From IMG/VR virus record IMGVR_UViG_3300033150_001833, positions 1 to 59,808 of that record: a DNA stretch of 59,808 nt. One strand, given 5' to 3'. Shown in pieces: positions 9,232 to 19,606 of this stretch. The position numbers and the translations under genes were made by a program. The notes below the pieces were generated by a model, which was not told where the DNA came from, did no database searches, and worked only from the letters and a program-made list of their open reading frames with translations. The DNA comes from a virus. Its lineage: Duplodnaviria; Caudoviricetes. Position 1 is the stretch's first letter. Each line of letters starts with the position of its first letter.

Positions 9232-11414
9232 TGTCTACTATAATTACATTTAGCATTGATCATACTAAAATTGACGCTACATTAACAGATTTCCCAGTAA
9301 TGATTAAACTGGATGATTTGAATGATGTTTGGGCTGAAATTGTTTCTAATAATGATCGGAAAAAGCTGAAAGTTAAAACTTCGCCCGGAGATGTAGAGTG
9401 CTATGTTGAAATAGAGCATTTCGATGTTAGCAGCAAAAAAGGTGTCCTGTGGACTAAAATACCTTCTATTTCAAGTTCGGCAGATACTAAGTTTACCCTT
9501 GAAGTTGGCTTGGTTTCGGATAACACATCTTATGTTGGTGATACCGGAGACGCTCCAGCAAAAGATGTATGGGATTCTAATTTTATTGGCGTTTGGCATA
9601 TGGCTCAGGACCCGAACGGGGATGTTGCGGATGCCATAAAAGATTCAACAAGCAATAGCAATCACGGCACTCCAGCCGGATCTATGACTTCTGCTGATTT
9701 GATTGATGGGAAGATTGGCAAAGCAATTGATTTTGATGGGGGTGATGACGAGATAAATTGTGGAGTAGACGCATCATTGGATCTTACAACAAATTTTACT
9801 TTGGAAGCCTCTATTAAAACAGACCATGATTGGGTTCCGTCTAATCAAAAATATTATAACATTCTTGCCAAACATAGTTTGTTTGCTTCCGGTACTTATG
9901 GACTGCGTATTTATGAAAGATCAACAAATTCTGAATTACATGTTCAGTGTGGAACACGCAATAGTGAGAGAGCATCAACTACTTTAGCTTTGAAAGATGT
10001 ATCATTTGCTAATGGTGTCTGGAATCATATAGTTGGGACCATGTTGGAAGCAGGAAAAATCAATCTTTTTATTAATGGTGTGGAAGATTGGGATGCCCAA
10101 GATGATGCTATAATTATAAACAATATTACAGGAGAACCACTAAAGATTGGATCATCTACTATTGAGGATGCTGCTGATTTAAGATGGAAAGATCAAATAG
10201 ATGAAGTACGAATTTCAGATATTGCTCGTTCTGCTGCCTGGATAAAAGCTACATACTATAGTAATTGGGACATGCTTATTACGATACCAGCTCCTGTAGC
10301 AGCATTCACATCGGACGAAACTGGTGGTGAGATTCCTTTAACTATTAACTTTACCGATCAAACAACCGGGGACGTGACTTCTTGGAGCTGGTCTTTCGGA
10401 GATGGTGGAGTTAGTGAGCTTCAAAATCCAAGTCATGAATACACTATTGCCGGCACATACACTGTCAGTCTCACCGTGACTAGCCCCGGTGGTGAAGACA
10501 CGGAAACTAAGGTTGATTATATTACTGTTACGGCTCCCCCGGCGCCAGTGGCAGAGTTTACAACAGATGAAACCAGTGGGGTGGTTCCGCTCACAGTGAA
10601 TTTTACCGATCAAACAACCGGAAATGTAACTTCTTGGAGCTGGTCTTTTGGAGATGGCGGAGTTAGTGAGCTTCAAAATCCAAGTCATACTTATTATGAT
10701 GCTGGTGTATACACCGTTAGTCTTACCGCAACCGGCCCAGGTGGCTCTGATAAAGTCTCCAAAACCATAACAGCAATAGCAACTGGTGATGTTGATGGTT
10801 TTGATACACTCAGGGGAAAATATATTTTCTCTAAGTTTCCTTATTGGTCATGGAATCCGCAAGAAGATTTTTACCATAAAAATGATGCTTTTAATCCGAT
10901 TGGTTTGTCCTTTGATGAAGAAATAGTTCAATACCCAAGGTATCAATCTGCATTCAGGCTTATTTATAATACCAAGGCACTAATTAGTTTGATAAATAAA
11001 TTCTTCGATTATCATTTAGGGCAATTAACAGCTTTATGGTTTCCATCATTTAAAAACGATTTTGTTCTGACATCCGATATCGGGGCGAGCGACACCATAC
11101 TCAATATTGAAGATATAAAATACGATAATTTTTATCCGCAGACACCCGGAACAGGCCGCTACATCTTCATATACGTTAATGACAACACATGGTTTGTGAG
11201 AAAGGTTATTGAAGCTCCGACATCAACATCCTTATTAATAGACAGAGCGCTTGAAATGAATATATCAGTATCACAAATTAAGACGATTTCCATTTTGTAT
11301 TTGGGTCGATTTAGTATCGATGAAATAGAATGGACATATATTACTCCTGATGTCGCTTATACTACATTGTATTTTGTTGAACTACCAGAAGAATATGCAA
11401 ATTTACCGTGGTGA
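9228..11414 (+). CDS. Tail protein: DUF2341-like + LamG/ConA + 2 PKD + distal-tail-like C-terminal domain
   Basis: LTDFPVMI, GVWHM, IDEVRISDIARS, WSWSFGDG...NPSH (twice). Confidence 0.8.
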   Translation: MMSTIITFSIDHTKIDATLTDFPVMIKLDDLNDVWAEIVSNNDRKKLKVKTSPGDVECYVEIEHFDVSSKKGVLWTKIPSISSSADTKFTLEVGLVSDNTSYVGDTGDAPAKDVWDSNFIGVWHMAQDPNGDVADAIKDSTSNSNHGTPAGSMTSADLIDGKIGKAIDFDGGDDEINCGVDASLDLTTNFTLEASIKTDHDWVPSNQKYYNILAKHSLFASGTYGLRIYERSTNSELHVQCGTRNSERASTTLALKDVSFANGVWNHIVGTMLEAGKINLFINGVEDWDAQDDAIIINNITGEPLKIGSSTIEDAADLRWKDQIDEVRISDIARSAAWIKATYYSNWDMLITIPAPVAAFTSDETGGEIPLTINFTDQTTGDVTSWSWSFGDGGVSELQNPSHEYTIAGTYTVSLTVTSPGGEDTETKVDYITVTAPPAPVAEFTTDETSGVVPLTVNFTDQTTGNVTSWSWSFGDGGVSELQNPSHTYYDAGVYTVSLTATGPGGSDKVSKTITAIATGDVDGFDTLRGKYIFSKFPYWSWNPQEDFYHKNDAFNPIGLSFDEEIVQYPRYQSAFRLIYNTKALISLINKFFDYHLGQLTALWFPSFKNDFVLTSDIGASDTILNIEDIKYDNFYPQTPGTGRYIFIYVNDNTWFVRKVIEAPTSTSLLIDRALEMNISVSQIKTISILYLGRFSIDEIEWTYITPDVAYTTLYFVELPEEYANLPW

Positions 11415-11420
11415 ATTATA

Positions 11421-12896
11421 ATGGGTTTTGTTGGAACCAAATGGAATTCTGCTGATAAAGCATCGGACATAACTCTATCTGACGGTGATTTAACGGTTTC
11501 CGGTAACTCCAGTGGATTTGTTCGTACAGTAGATGGTAAATCCAGTGGTAAATGGTATTGGGAAATTACTATTTCTGCCAGAGGAGATTATGATAGCCCG
11601 AGAATTGGAATTGCTACAATAGGCGCTGATCGTGATGATGATCTTGGCAAGACTGATAGTTGGGTGTTTTATGGCTATGATGCTACTAAGTCTATAAGAA
11701 TGACCAATTCAAATAGTTATTTTTATTGCGGCGGCATAAGTGTATCTGATATTATTGGAACTGCGCTTGATCTTGATGCAGGTAAAATTTGGTGGTCGAT
11801 AAATGGAGTGTGGTGCGAAGGTGGAGATCCAGCCGCCGGGACTGGTGAAGCATATTCAGGTATCAGCGGAACTATTCATCCTGCTCACCAACCTGCTAGT
11901 CCATCTTCAACATGTACTGCTAATTTTGGAAATTCAGCATTAACATATTCACCTCCCTCCGGGTTTACTGCTGGTTTTGGCGAGGAAGTGCCTCCCCCTA
12001 CAGCAGCGTTTACATCAGACAAAACCAGCGGTGAGATTCCGTTGACTATTAATTTTACAGACCAAACAACTGGAAATGTAACTTCTTGGAGTTGGTCTTT
12101 TGGAGATGGCGGGGATAGCGAGCTTCAAAATCCAAGTTATGAATACACTAAAGTAGGTATATATACTGTTGTTCTTACAGCAACTGGGCCTGGTGGCTCC
12201 AGCCAGGACTCAGGGACCATCACGGCGATGCCGGTTGGTATTAGCGGGTTTGGAACATATAGAGGGAAGCATATTTTTACTAAAATTCCTCACTGGTCCG
12301 AAAACCCGCAGGAAAACTTTTATCGCAAGGATGATGTTTTTGCTCCAATTGGTTTTTCATTTACTGAAGAGGTGGTTTCGTGTTCAAGATATAAAACCAT
12401 GTTTAAATATAGTTGCCACATGAAATCTCATATCGCAGCGGTTAATGAATTCTTCGATTATCATTTGAAATCTCATATCGCAGCGGTTAATGAATTCTTC
12501 GATTATCATTTGGGGCAATTAGTATCACTATGGTTTCCATCATCTAAAAATGATTTTATTCTGACATCTGATATCGGGGCGACAGACACTACGCTTAATA
12601 TTGAAGATGTTGAGTATAATGATTTCTATTCGCAACTTTCAGGTACGGGGCACCATATTTTTATATATGTGAATGTTAATACCTGGTTTGCGAGAAAGAT
12701 TGTCGGGGCTCCGACATCAACATCTTTGTTAATAGATGAAGCGCTTGGAGTAAACGTGCTAATGTCACAAGTTAAAATGATTTCCATCTTATATTTAGGT
12801 AGGTTTGATATGGATGAAATAGAATGGACATACATCACTCCTGATGTTGCTTCTACCAAGCTAAGTTTTGTTGAATTACCGGAGGAATACGTATGA
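11421..12896 (+). CDS. Tail protein: SPRY-like + PKD + distal-tail-like C-terminal domain
   Basis: SGKWYWEI, IIGTALDLDAGKIWW, ANFG; C-terminus paralogous to 9228-11414. Confidence 0.8.
   Translation: MGFVGTKWNSADKASDITLSDGDLTVSGNSSGFVRTVDGKSSGKWYWEITISARGDYDSPRIGIATIGADRDDDLGKTDSWVFYGYDATKSIRMTNSNSYFYCGGISVSDIIGTALDLDAGKIWWSINGVWCEGGDPAAGTGEAYSGISGTIHPAHQPASPSSTCTANFGNSALTYSPPSGFTAGFGEEVPPPTAAFTSDKTSGEIPLTINFTDQTTGNVTSWSWSFGDGGDSELQNPSYEYTKVGIYTVVLTATGPGGSSQDSGTITAMPVGISGFGTYRGKHIFTKIPHWSENPQENFYRKDDVFAPIGFSFTEEVVSCSRYKTMFKYSCHMKSHIAAVNEFFDYHLKSHIAAVNEFFDYHLGQLVSLWFPSSKNDFILTSDIGATDTTLNIEDVEYNDFYSQLSGTGHHIFIYVNVNTWFARKIVGAPTSTSLLIDEALGVNVLMSQVKMISILYLGRFDMDEIEWTYITPDVASTKLSFVELPEEYV
12421..12512 (+). 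repeat. 45-bp perfect in-frame tandem duplication
   Basis: tgaaatctcatatcgcagcggttaatgaattcttcgattatcatt x2 (KSHIAAVNEFFDYHL x2). Confidence 0.95.
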
Positions 12897-13720
12897 GAAC
12901 ATCACCATCGACCGACTATACAGGATATGAGGAAGGATCAGAACGTCGGCCAGCGGAATTATACCATATCTGGAGAGGTGAAAGTAACTGGTATTATACC
13001 AGCGGCCGTAAAAATATTTCGTACGGTGGTAATACATACACCCATGCCCCTATTCAGAGAGGAGCAATTCAGCATGATTCCGAAATTAATGCGTCAACAG
13101 TCGATATTGATTGTGCCAGAATCATGCCTCCGTTAGATGAATATACAACGTACAATCTTGTGGATGTAATATGGATTACGGTTTATAATGTTTTCTGGAA
13201 TCAAGATCCAATTGAAGCTATTCCAATATTCTCGGGTATGGTTGAAAAAACCACTAACCAGGGTCCAGCAACTCGCATGCATTGCGTGTCTCTGGAATAT
13301 TTATTAAACAGAAACATCCCACGATATCGGTATCAATCGGGCTGCAATCATACTCTCTACGGCGATCGTTGTGGTATAATAGAGGCAGACTATCAAACAA
13401 CAGCGACAGTCGATGCAATAAGCACTAATCAATTTACACTGACCCTTTCTGGCGCTACGTTTGAAAGCAATGCTTCACCGTATTATCTGTACGGGAATGT
13501 ATATTTTGGGAGTCACTTACGCATGATCGTCGGCCATACCGGTTTAACTATTACGATGAGATATGCAATCGAACCCCTGCAAGTTGGCGATGAAGTTCTG
13601 GTATCCGCAGGTTGCGACAAAACCAAAGAAACATGTTATACAAAATTTAATAACATCGATAATTTTTTTGGATTTCCGTATATTCAGTTTAAAAACCCAA
13701 TTCTAAAGGCGGCAATGTGA
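12893..13720 (+). CDS. DUF2163 / BR0599-like baseplate hub protein
   Basis: CNHTLYGDRCG and AGCDKTKETCYTKFNNIDNFFGFPYI signature. Confidence 0.9.
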   Translation: MRTSPSTDYTGYEEGSERRPAELYHIWRGESNWYYTSGRKNISYGGNTYTHAPIQRGAIQHDSEINASTVDIDCARIMPPLDEYTTYNLVDVIWITVYNVFWNQDPIEAIPIFSGMVEKTTNQGPATRMHCVSLEYLLNRNIPRYRYQSGCNHTLYGDRCGIIEADYQTTATVDAISTNQFTLTLSGATFESNASPYYLYGNVYFGSHLRMIVGHTGLTITMRYAIEPLQVGDEVLVSAGCDKTKETCYTKFNNIDNFFGFPYIQFKNPILKAAM

Positions 13721-14208
13721 TGCGTTGGTATTTTGAAGATATAAACAGGCAATTACGATTAAAGGCTATTATTGATTCATGGATAGGCACGCCATTTAGG
13801 CATAGATGCGCTGTTAAGGGCAAACAGGGCGGAGTGGACTGTATTCATTTTGTTGCTGAGGTTTTTAAGGAACTGGGCGTAATTCAAGATTATACTGTGC
13901 CTGAATATGAGCATGATTGGCATCTTCATAAATCTGAGGAAAAATTACTCCGTAGCATTTTTAAATTTGCTGAGGCTCTAAAAGATAAAGGTTCTTTGAA
14001 AAATGTTGGGTTTAATGATCCGAAAAACGGAGATATTATTATGTTTCAGTTTGGAAGAACTGTATCGCATGCTTCGATTTATTATGACAAACGCATTTAT
14101 CAGTCCTTAACAGGCATGCGTGTTGAACCAAGACCGTTCCATGATAAATCAACTGATTTTAGAAAAAAATATGAATTTAGAATTTTCGAAAGGATTACTA
14201 CGCCATGA
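13717..14208 (+). CDS. NlpC/P60 tail-associated peptidase
   Basis: WIGTPFRH...GVDCIHFV...SHASIY. Confidence 0.9.
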   Translation: MMRWYFEDINRQLRLKAIIDSWIGTPFRHRCAVKGKQGGVDCIHFVAEVFKELGVIQDYTVPEYEHDWHLHKSEEKLLRSIFKFAEALKDKGSLKNVGFNDPKNGDIIMFQFGRTVSHASIYYDKRIYQSLTGMRVEPRPFHDKSTDFRKKYEFRIFERITTP

Positions 14209-15143
14209 GTGGTTTATGGGGAAATATGGGGATAGCCACTATGATAGGAGCCGTAGCATTTTTTGCAAGTGGCGGTAATCCTTATGTTGGCATGTTAGCA
14301 TTTACTTTAACGGCTGGCGTTATGTCATACATAAATCCGGTTACTCCGGATATTGACTCCCCTGGCCAACCTGAGATCGGCGAGTTTAGAATATCATCAG
14401 CTACAGAGGGAGCTGTGATTCCCGATCTTCTTGGAACTACAAAATGCACCGGAAATATTTTTTATTATTTTGGTGAACGAGCTGTAGAGCAGACCGAAAC
14501 AGCAGAAGGTGGAAAGGGGATGGGTAGCAGTCAAGAATATGTTACTGGATACAAATATTATTTATCATGGTGCATGGGGATGTGTTTAGGTCCTGTAGAT
14601 ACGCTATATTCAGTATATGCCGGCGAAGAATTAGTGTGGAATGGAGTTTTAGAAGTAAATGAATTTGGTTACGAAACCATCACTCTTGATAATTTAGGGT
14701 CCATGACTTTTTATTTTGGGACCGACAATCAACCTGCAAATGATACTGTTGGTGAGTCTTTAATTGACCCTAACTTAAATCCAGCATATAGAGGGCTTTG
14801 TTATGCATTCTTTGATGATGTTTGTGTTGGGCGAACTCCAAGTTGTCCTGTTATGCGGTTTGTTTTAGGTAAAAGACCGAAGTTTGGATTTAATATTGAT
14901 GAAGAAATTGGATTGGATTGTAATCCGGCTCATGCAATATGTCATATTCTTACTGATGAAATGTTGGTTGGTTTGGATGAAAGCATGGTAGATAATACTA
15001 CGTTTTCTGATGTTGCTGATACTGCATACAATGAAGGTCGAGGTATCAGTTTATTAATGGACATGCAACAACCAGCAACTACATATATTGAATCTATATT
15101 AACCCATGTTGGAGGAATGTTAAGCAGTAGCGCTGACGATTAA
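14205..15143 (+). CDS. Tail tip protein, N-terminal segment
   Basis: SATEGAVIPDLLGT, GYKYYL, PAYRGLCY, NPAHAI. Confidence 0.8.
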   Translation: MSGLWGNMGIATMIGAVAFFASGGNPYVGMLAFTLTAGVMSYINPVTPDIDSPGQPEIGEFRISSATEGAVIPDLLGTTKCTGNIFYYFGERAVEQTETAEGGKGMGSSQEYVTGYKYYLSWCMGMCLGPVDTLYSVYAGEELVWNGVLEVNEFGYETITLDNLGSMTFYFGTDNQPANDTVGESLIDPNLNPAYRGLCYAFFDDVCVGRTPSCPVMRFVLGKRPKFGFNIDEEIGLDCNPAHAICHILTDEMLVGLDESMVDNTTFSDVADTAYNEGRGISLLMDMQQPATTYIESILTHVGGMLSSSADD

Positions 15144-15145
15144 TT

Positions 15146-15613
15146 ATGGCACATTCATTTAAACTTTCTTTGTTGCGCGGAACAATCAGCTTGGATGATA
15201 TTCCGGATGTTCCGGATAAGGCATTAACAGGGCCGCCAACAATTTCACGAGCATCGCTGATAAAATGTATTAATGATGTCAGATTAAATTTTGCATTGAG
15301 AGTAAATACATATATGTCAGGAGAAATTGTTGATCCTCTCGAATGGGATTATGAAGAAAGTGATAAGTCTATTAATCCAGGCGAATCATGCAATATTGCT
15401 GTAATTGGAGATGGCACTCCATTTATGTGGGAAATTAAAGCTGACGGGTTTTTCCTCGATGCTGACCACTTAACGCAATCAGGAGAAACCACAGAGGTAT
15501 CAAGGACTCTCTATTGCGATGAAAATGCTTATGGGTCATGCGCTATTAAAGTCACTGACACTAACGGTTTAAATACTTTTGGATATGTAACCTGCACGAA
15601 AGATTGGATATGA
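15146..15613 (+). CDS. Tail tip middle module + small passenger domain
   Basis: FKLSLLR...INDVRLNF, paralogous to the N-terminus of 16983-18305. Confidence 0.6.
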   Translation: MAHSFKLSLLRGTISLDDIPDVPDKALTGPPTISRASLIKCINDVRLNFALRVNTYMSGEIVDPLEWDYEESDKSINPGESCNIAVIGDGTPFMWEIKADGFFLDADHLTQSGETTEVSRTLYCDENAYGSCAIKVTDTNGLNTFGYVTCTKDWI

Positions 15614-16980
15614 ATATTAGAGAAGCGGTAGTAATGTCTGAAGACACCGCAAGCAAACAAGCAGTGGGTGTTAATCATAAATCTGTTCGATTTATGATGT
15701 TTACAAATGTTCAGAATGCTCAGTGGGCGGCGGACAGGATAATATCTGAAAGTTCGTATCCACTGGCTACTGTTGCGTTTGAAAGCAATAGGAAATTATT
15801 TCGATATCTACCAGGCGATGTCGTAAAATTAACTTATAGCAGATACTCAGAAAGTATTATTTGTAGAATAACAAACATCCATGAAGAAGATTTATTAACA
15901 GGCAAAATTATTGTATCCGCCATAGAAGACGCAAATTATGCTGGAAGACTGCCTATTAGCGGAACTTCACCTGTTTCAGATGACCCACCGGACCCCGTTG
16001 CCGTAGTCCCGTTAACTCATTTCGGAATTATGGAAGCGCCATATGCTGTCTGCGGAGATGATATTCAGATAATCGTAACCGCTGCCAGAGAGGTTGGTGT
16101 TGAAGTCGGATATTTATTATACATGTCTCTGGATGGATCTACATATACTGAAATCAAGAATGTTCATAAATTTGCAACACACGGAGTTTTGGCATCTGAG
16201 TATCCCGCAGAAACTAATATTATAGATGACGATACGGGTTTTGATATTACTGTAACCATGGATTCAAGTTTTTTACAAAGTTGCTCCAGAAATCAATTAT
16301 TTACAGCCACGAATATGGCAATCCTTGGTGAAGAAATTATTACGTTTCAAACTGTTACTCCTTATGGGGTTGACAATAAATATAAAATAGAAGGTATTTA
16401 TAGGATGAGGTTTGGAACTCGTCAAGTTACTCACAACATCGGGGAGGACTTTTATTTTGTTGGCACAAGCAAATATGAGGTTGTGGAGAACGTTGAATTT
16501 AATATGGGTACTACTTTATATTTTAAAGTAGTCCCGTATTCAACAACTACATCGGGGAGTATTGCTGATGCTGAGGCAGAAGAAATCACTTTTACCGGAT
16601 TCGCAAGAGAGCCCTACGATCCGACTAATTTAACCGTGAATGATGTGGCTGTTAATCCGTCATACACCACCGATTGTGATCTTGCATGGAATCCAAGAGT
16701 AAGAGGTGTTGGCGCAGGGCTTGAGAACCCGGATTATTATACCGATGAAGAAGATGTATGGGAAGGATTATTTGAAGTGCAAGTTTATGTTTCGGATGCG
16801 CTGGTAAGAACCGTAACTGATATTGACAATGATCATTTTATATACACTGAAGCTATGAATATATCTGATAACGGAAGTTTAGCTAGTAAGATTGATTTTA
16901 AGCTTAGGAATTATATTGATGCGGGCGGTGGACAGATTTTTTATTCTGACTGGGTATTAATAACCGCTATAAAGGTATAG
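15604..16980 (+). CDS. Tail tip protein, C-terminal segment
   Basis: SYPLAT...PGDVVKL, EIITFQT, GIYRMRFGT, FN3-like end. Confidence 0.75.
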   Translation: MDMNIREAVVMSEDTASKQAVGVNHKSVRFMMFTNVQNAQWAADRIISESSYPLATVAFESNRKLFRYLPGDVVKLTYSRYSESIICRITNIHEEDLLTGKIIVSAIEDANYAGRLPISGTSPVSDDPPDPVAVVPLTHFGIMEAPYAVCGDDIQIIVTAAREVGVEVGYLLYMSLDGSTYTEIKNVHKFATHGVLASEYPAETNIIDDDTGFDITVTMDSSFLQSCSRNQLFTATNMAILGEEIITFQTVTPYGVDNKYKIEGIYRMRFGTRQVTHNIGEDFYFVGTSKYEVVENVEFNMGTTLYFKVVPYSTTTSGSIADAEAEEITFTGFAREPYDPTNLTVNDVAVNPSYTTDCDLAWNPRVRGVGAGLENPDYYTDEEDVWEGLFEVQVYVSDALVRTVTDIDNDHFIYTEAMNISDNGSLASKIDFKLRNYIDAGGGQIFYSDWVLITAIKV

Positions 16981-16982
16981 GA

Positions 16983-18305
16983 ATGGCAACATCATTTAAA
17001 TTAAAACTTTTCAGAGATGATATTAATATTGAGGATATCCCTGAAATATCTAATGACAACGCAATTATAGGCGCTCCGTCATTTAAAAGAGACCAGGCAA
17101 GTAATATTAATGATGTTCGAGTCAATTATAGTCATGCAGACCCATGCCCTGAATCTAACATCATATTTGTTGCTACAGGGGGCGGGACAGTGTGTACCTT
17201 TGAAATAGGAGATTATTCCCATAATGTAGGCACTATACTTGACAGCGTTGAGTATGACGTTTATTCGCAAGCTGGATATGAAGCTTCGAAATTTAGTCAA
17301 ATTATTCATGCATCTGGTAATATTTATGTAATTGTTTACCGTAGCAGAAATGCCTATAATTACATCCAAACGTTACATATAGGTGACGGGACAAACGATG
17401 ACAAAGGTATTATTACTCTGATCGAGGATTTGCGCATAGCTGATTGTGCTTATTCTGGTGGAGTAATCAAAACTTCTCCTGGTCATTTTACAACTCCGTA
17501 TGCTATTCGTTACGGATCACTACAATATTGTACATTTACAATTGATGATGACGGCGCAATTGCTAATAATAGTGTATCAAATATTTGGCCCAACGGAGCT
17601 ACTGGACAGGTTCTTCCCGGAGCTATGTGCTGCGATAAACTTTTTTTCTCCGGGCCGGAGCCAGATCATTGGGTGCCAGGCGCTTTATGTATATGTGATT
17701 TACCACCAATTTGGTATTTAGCAGGTGAGCCGCCTACTTGGCATTTAAGATACGAAGAAATTGAACCAATAGATACTGCATTATATGGCAGGATGGTAGA
17801 GGTTGATAGTCGTACCAATCTTGGGGATATAAAAGTTTTATATTATAAAAGGCTTGACCCAACTCGTTTCACTATGACTATCCCTGGTTATGACAAAATA
17901 GATATTGAAACATCAATCGATGTTGATCCTTATTATGCCAGTGCACTTAGTTTGGAAGGTTATCCAAAAATTGCAGTTGCGTATACTGTATCTGGATATT
18001 ACCCTCTACGATTAAAAACTTATTATGTATATGTAACGCAAGTTAGCGGATTTTGGGTAGCCCAATTAATATCATCCGATTCCAAAACTTTTCCTCCTGA
18101 GGATTCAGGATTTAGTTCTATGCAAACAGTTATAACACATAAAAACAGGGATAAATATTTAATCGGAGTTGGTCGCTATGTTCATACTATCAGGATAAAG
18201 AATGACGGAACAATAGGTGATCCTCTTAATACAATAGATTTCGGTAGTATTATCAGCTTAAATCATATTCTTAAAATAGAGCTGCCTGAAATACCAGAGG
18301 AGTAA
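16983..18305 (+). CDS. Tail tip middle module + large beta-rich passenger (putative receptor-binding protein)
   Basis: FKLKLFRDD...INDVRVNY N-terminus followed by beta-rich repeats. Confidence 0.6.
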   Translation: MATSFKLKLFRDDINIEDIPEISNDNAIIGAPSFKRDQASNINDVRVNYSHADPCPESNIIFVATGGGTVCTFEIGDYSHNVGTILDSVEYDVYSQAGYEASKFSQIIHASGNIYVIVYRSRNAYNYIQTLHIGDGTNDDKGIITLIEDLRIADCAYSGGVIKTSPGHFTTPYAIRYGSLQYCTFTIDDDGAIANNSVSNIWPNGATGQVLPGAMCCDKLFFSGPEPDHWVPGALCICDLPPIWYLAGEPPTWHLRYEEIEPIDTALYGRMVEVDSRTNLGDIKVLYYKRLDPTRFTMTIPGYDKIDIETSIDVDPYYASALSLEGYPKIAVAYTVSGYYPLRLKTYYVYVTQVSGFWVAQLISSDSKTFPPEDSGFSSMQTVITHKNRDKYLIGVGRYVHTIRIKNDGTIGDPLNTIDFGSIISLNHILKIELPEIPEE

Positions 18306-18308
18306 TAT

Positions 18309-18752
18309 ATGGCAACGGACAAGTACGGACTAGTAACAGTTGATTTTGGAACAACAGGCTGGAACGGAATTCTTAAAACTTCCATCGAACAAATTGATGC
18401 GTATATGCAAACATATGCCAGGTTCAAGGTTGGTCCTGCTGCATCAATAGCGCCGTATAAACCGGTATGTTTGCAAGATGGCGTATGGGAGCTTGCCAAA
18501 GAAGGCACAAACCAGATGCCTGTTGTTGGTATTTCCATAGAACCTTCGACAAAAACCAGTGGGGAGTATTTGCGTGCTCAAAGAGCCGGCTTAGTCACCA
18601 ATACTGACTGGTCGTGGAACCCTCCATCTGGGGAAATATGGTGCAATTCAGACGGAGATCTGGTGCAAAATATTTCTGGTGAAGAATGGATGACTCGCCA
18701 GGCACGAGTTGGATGTGTGCATAGCGCTACAAAAATATTCGTGCAGCTATGA
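18309..18752 (+). CDS. Putative virion structural protein
   Basis: End of tail operon, has RBS. Confidence 0.55.
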   Translation: MATDKYGLVTVDFGTTGWNGILKTSIEQIDAYMQTYARFKVGPAASIAPYKPVCLQDGVWELAKEGTNQMPVVGISIEPSTKTSGEYLRAQRAGLVTNTDWSWNPPSGEIWCNSDGDLVQNISGEEWMTRQARVGCVHSATKIFVQL

Positions 18753-19096
18753 TTGTGAATGACTTAAATTTGGTAATAGAAGCTTTGGTTGAATTCAAAG
18801 AACAAACCGATGCCGGCAACGCTAATATTGATGGATGTCCTTTTAGTCTTATGGAAAACTTTACCAAAAGTGGTTATGTAGGTCCGTTCTGGAAGTGCAG
18901 CGTATGTAGATTTCTGTTCCCAGAAATCAGAACAAATAATATTTATGCCACAGAGGGGTGCCCGTGTCAGAAATTGGGTTGTGATTATGTTAGAAACATT
19001 GTCTATGAGTTTCTATATGACATTGATATTCTTCATCAATATCAGATTGCTTGTTCAGATAATGTTGAGCACACAAAAACCGGTTGCCTTTCATAA
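18749..19096 (+). CDS. Hypothetical Cys-rich protein
   Basis: Coupled ATGA overlap. Confidence 0.5.
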   Translation: MIVNDLNLVIEALVEFKEQTDAGNANIDGCPFSLMENFTKSGYVGPFWKCSVCRFLFPEIRTNNIYATEGCPCQKLGCDYVRNIVYEFLYDIDILHQYQIACSDNVEHTKTGCLS

Positions 19097-19292
19097 CCTG
19101 ATTTTTACATCCTGGAACACTGCATATTTTACGGGTTTTTTTATGATCGTGGTATCTTAATTTAATTTCATTGTATCGACATTCAATGCAACAATATTTT
19201 TGATTGCTCTGCTTGGGAATAAAGATTGTATCGCAATTTCTAGCTGCGCATATTTTCGATGTTGGAGACATTTTGTTATCCTTTATTTCCAT
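18990..19292 (-). CDS. Zn-binding hypothetical protein
   Basis: Multiple CxxxxC / YC..C motifs. Confidence 0.6.
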   Translation of the reverse strand: MEIKDNKMSPTSKICAARNCDTIFIPKQSNQKYCCIECRYNEIKLRYHDHKKTRKICSVPGCKNQVMKGNRFLCAQHYLNKQSDIDEEYQCHIETHRQCF

Positions 19293-19606
19293 GGTGATTT
19301 TCTTTTTTCAAACTTGGGACATTGATAGCACTTCATATCTTCACCACCATGTTTGGTTAATGCAGCCTTACTCAGGCAATCATGATAGTGAATGCACAAT
19401 TCTGATGCATAAATCCTGGCTTTAGTATTTAGCGCTACACTCGTTATTTTTGTTTTTTTGCGTGTTAATTGATGATTCTGCCTTCTTAATTCTGCGCATT
19501 TAATACATCGACCGAACTTTTTATATCGCAAACTTTTGCCGGTATTTTTATAATCGTGACCATGAACACATAACTTACCCAAATATTTATTGTCATCAAT
19601 TTTCAT
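19283..19606 (-). CDS. Hypothetical protein with Cys/His N-terminal domain
   Basis: YLGKLCVHGH...SLRY...CIKC. Confidence 0.6.
   Translation of the reverse strand: MKIDDNKYLGKLCVHGHDYKNTGKSLRYKKFGRCIKCAELRRQNHQLTRKKTKITSVALNTKARIYASELCIHYHDCLSKAALTKHGGEDMKCYQCPKFEKRKSPWK

Noticed and set aside
9228-12896. Diversity-generating retroelement behind the duplicated tail segments
   Set aside because: No reverse transcriptase in the window; both copies are coding and differences are not adenine-specific
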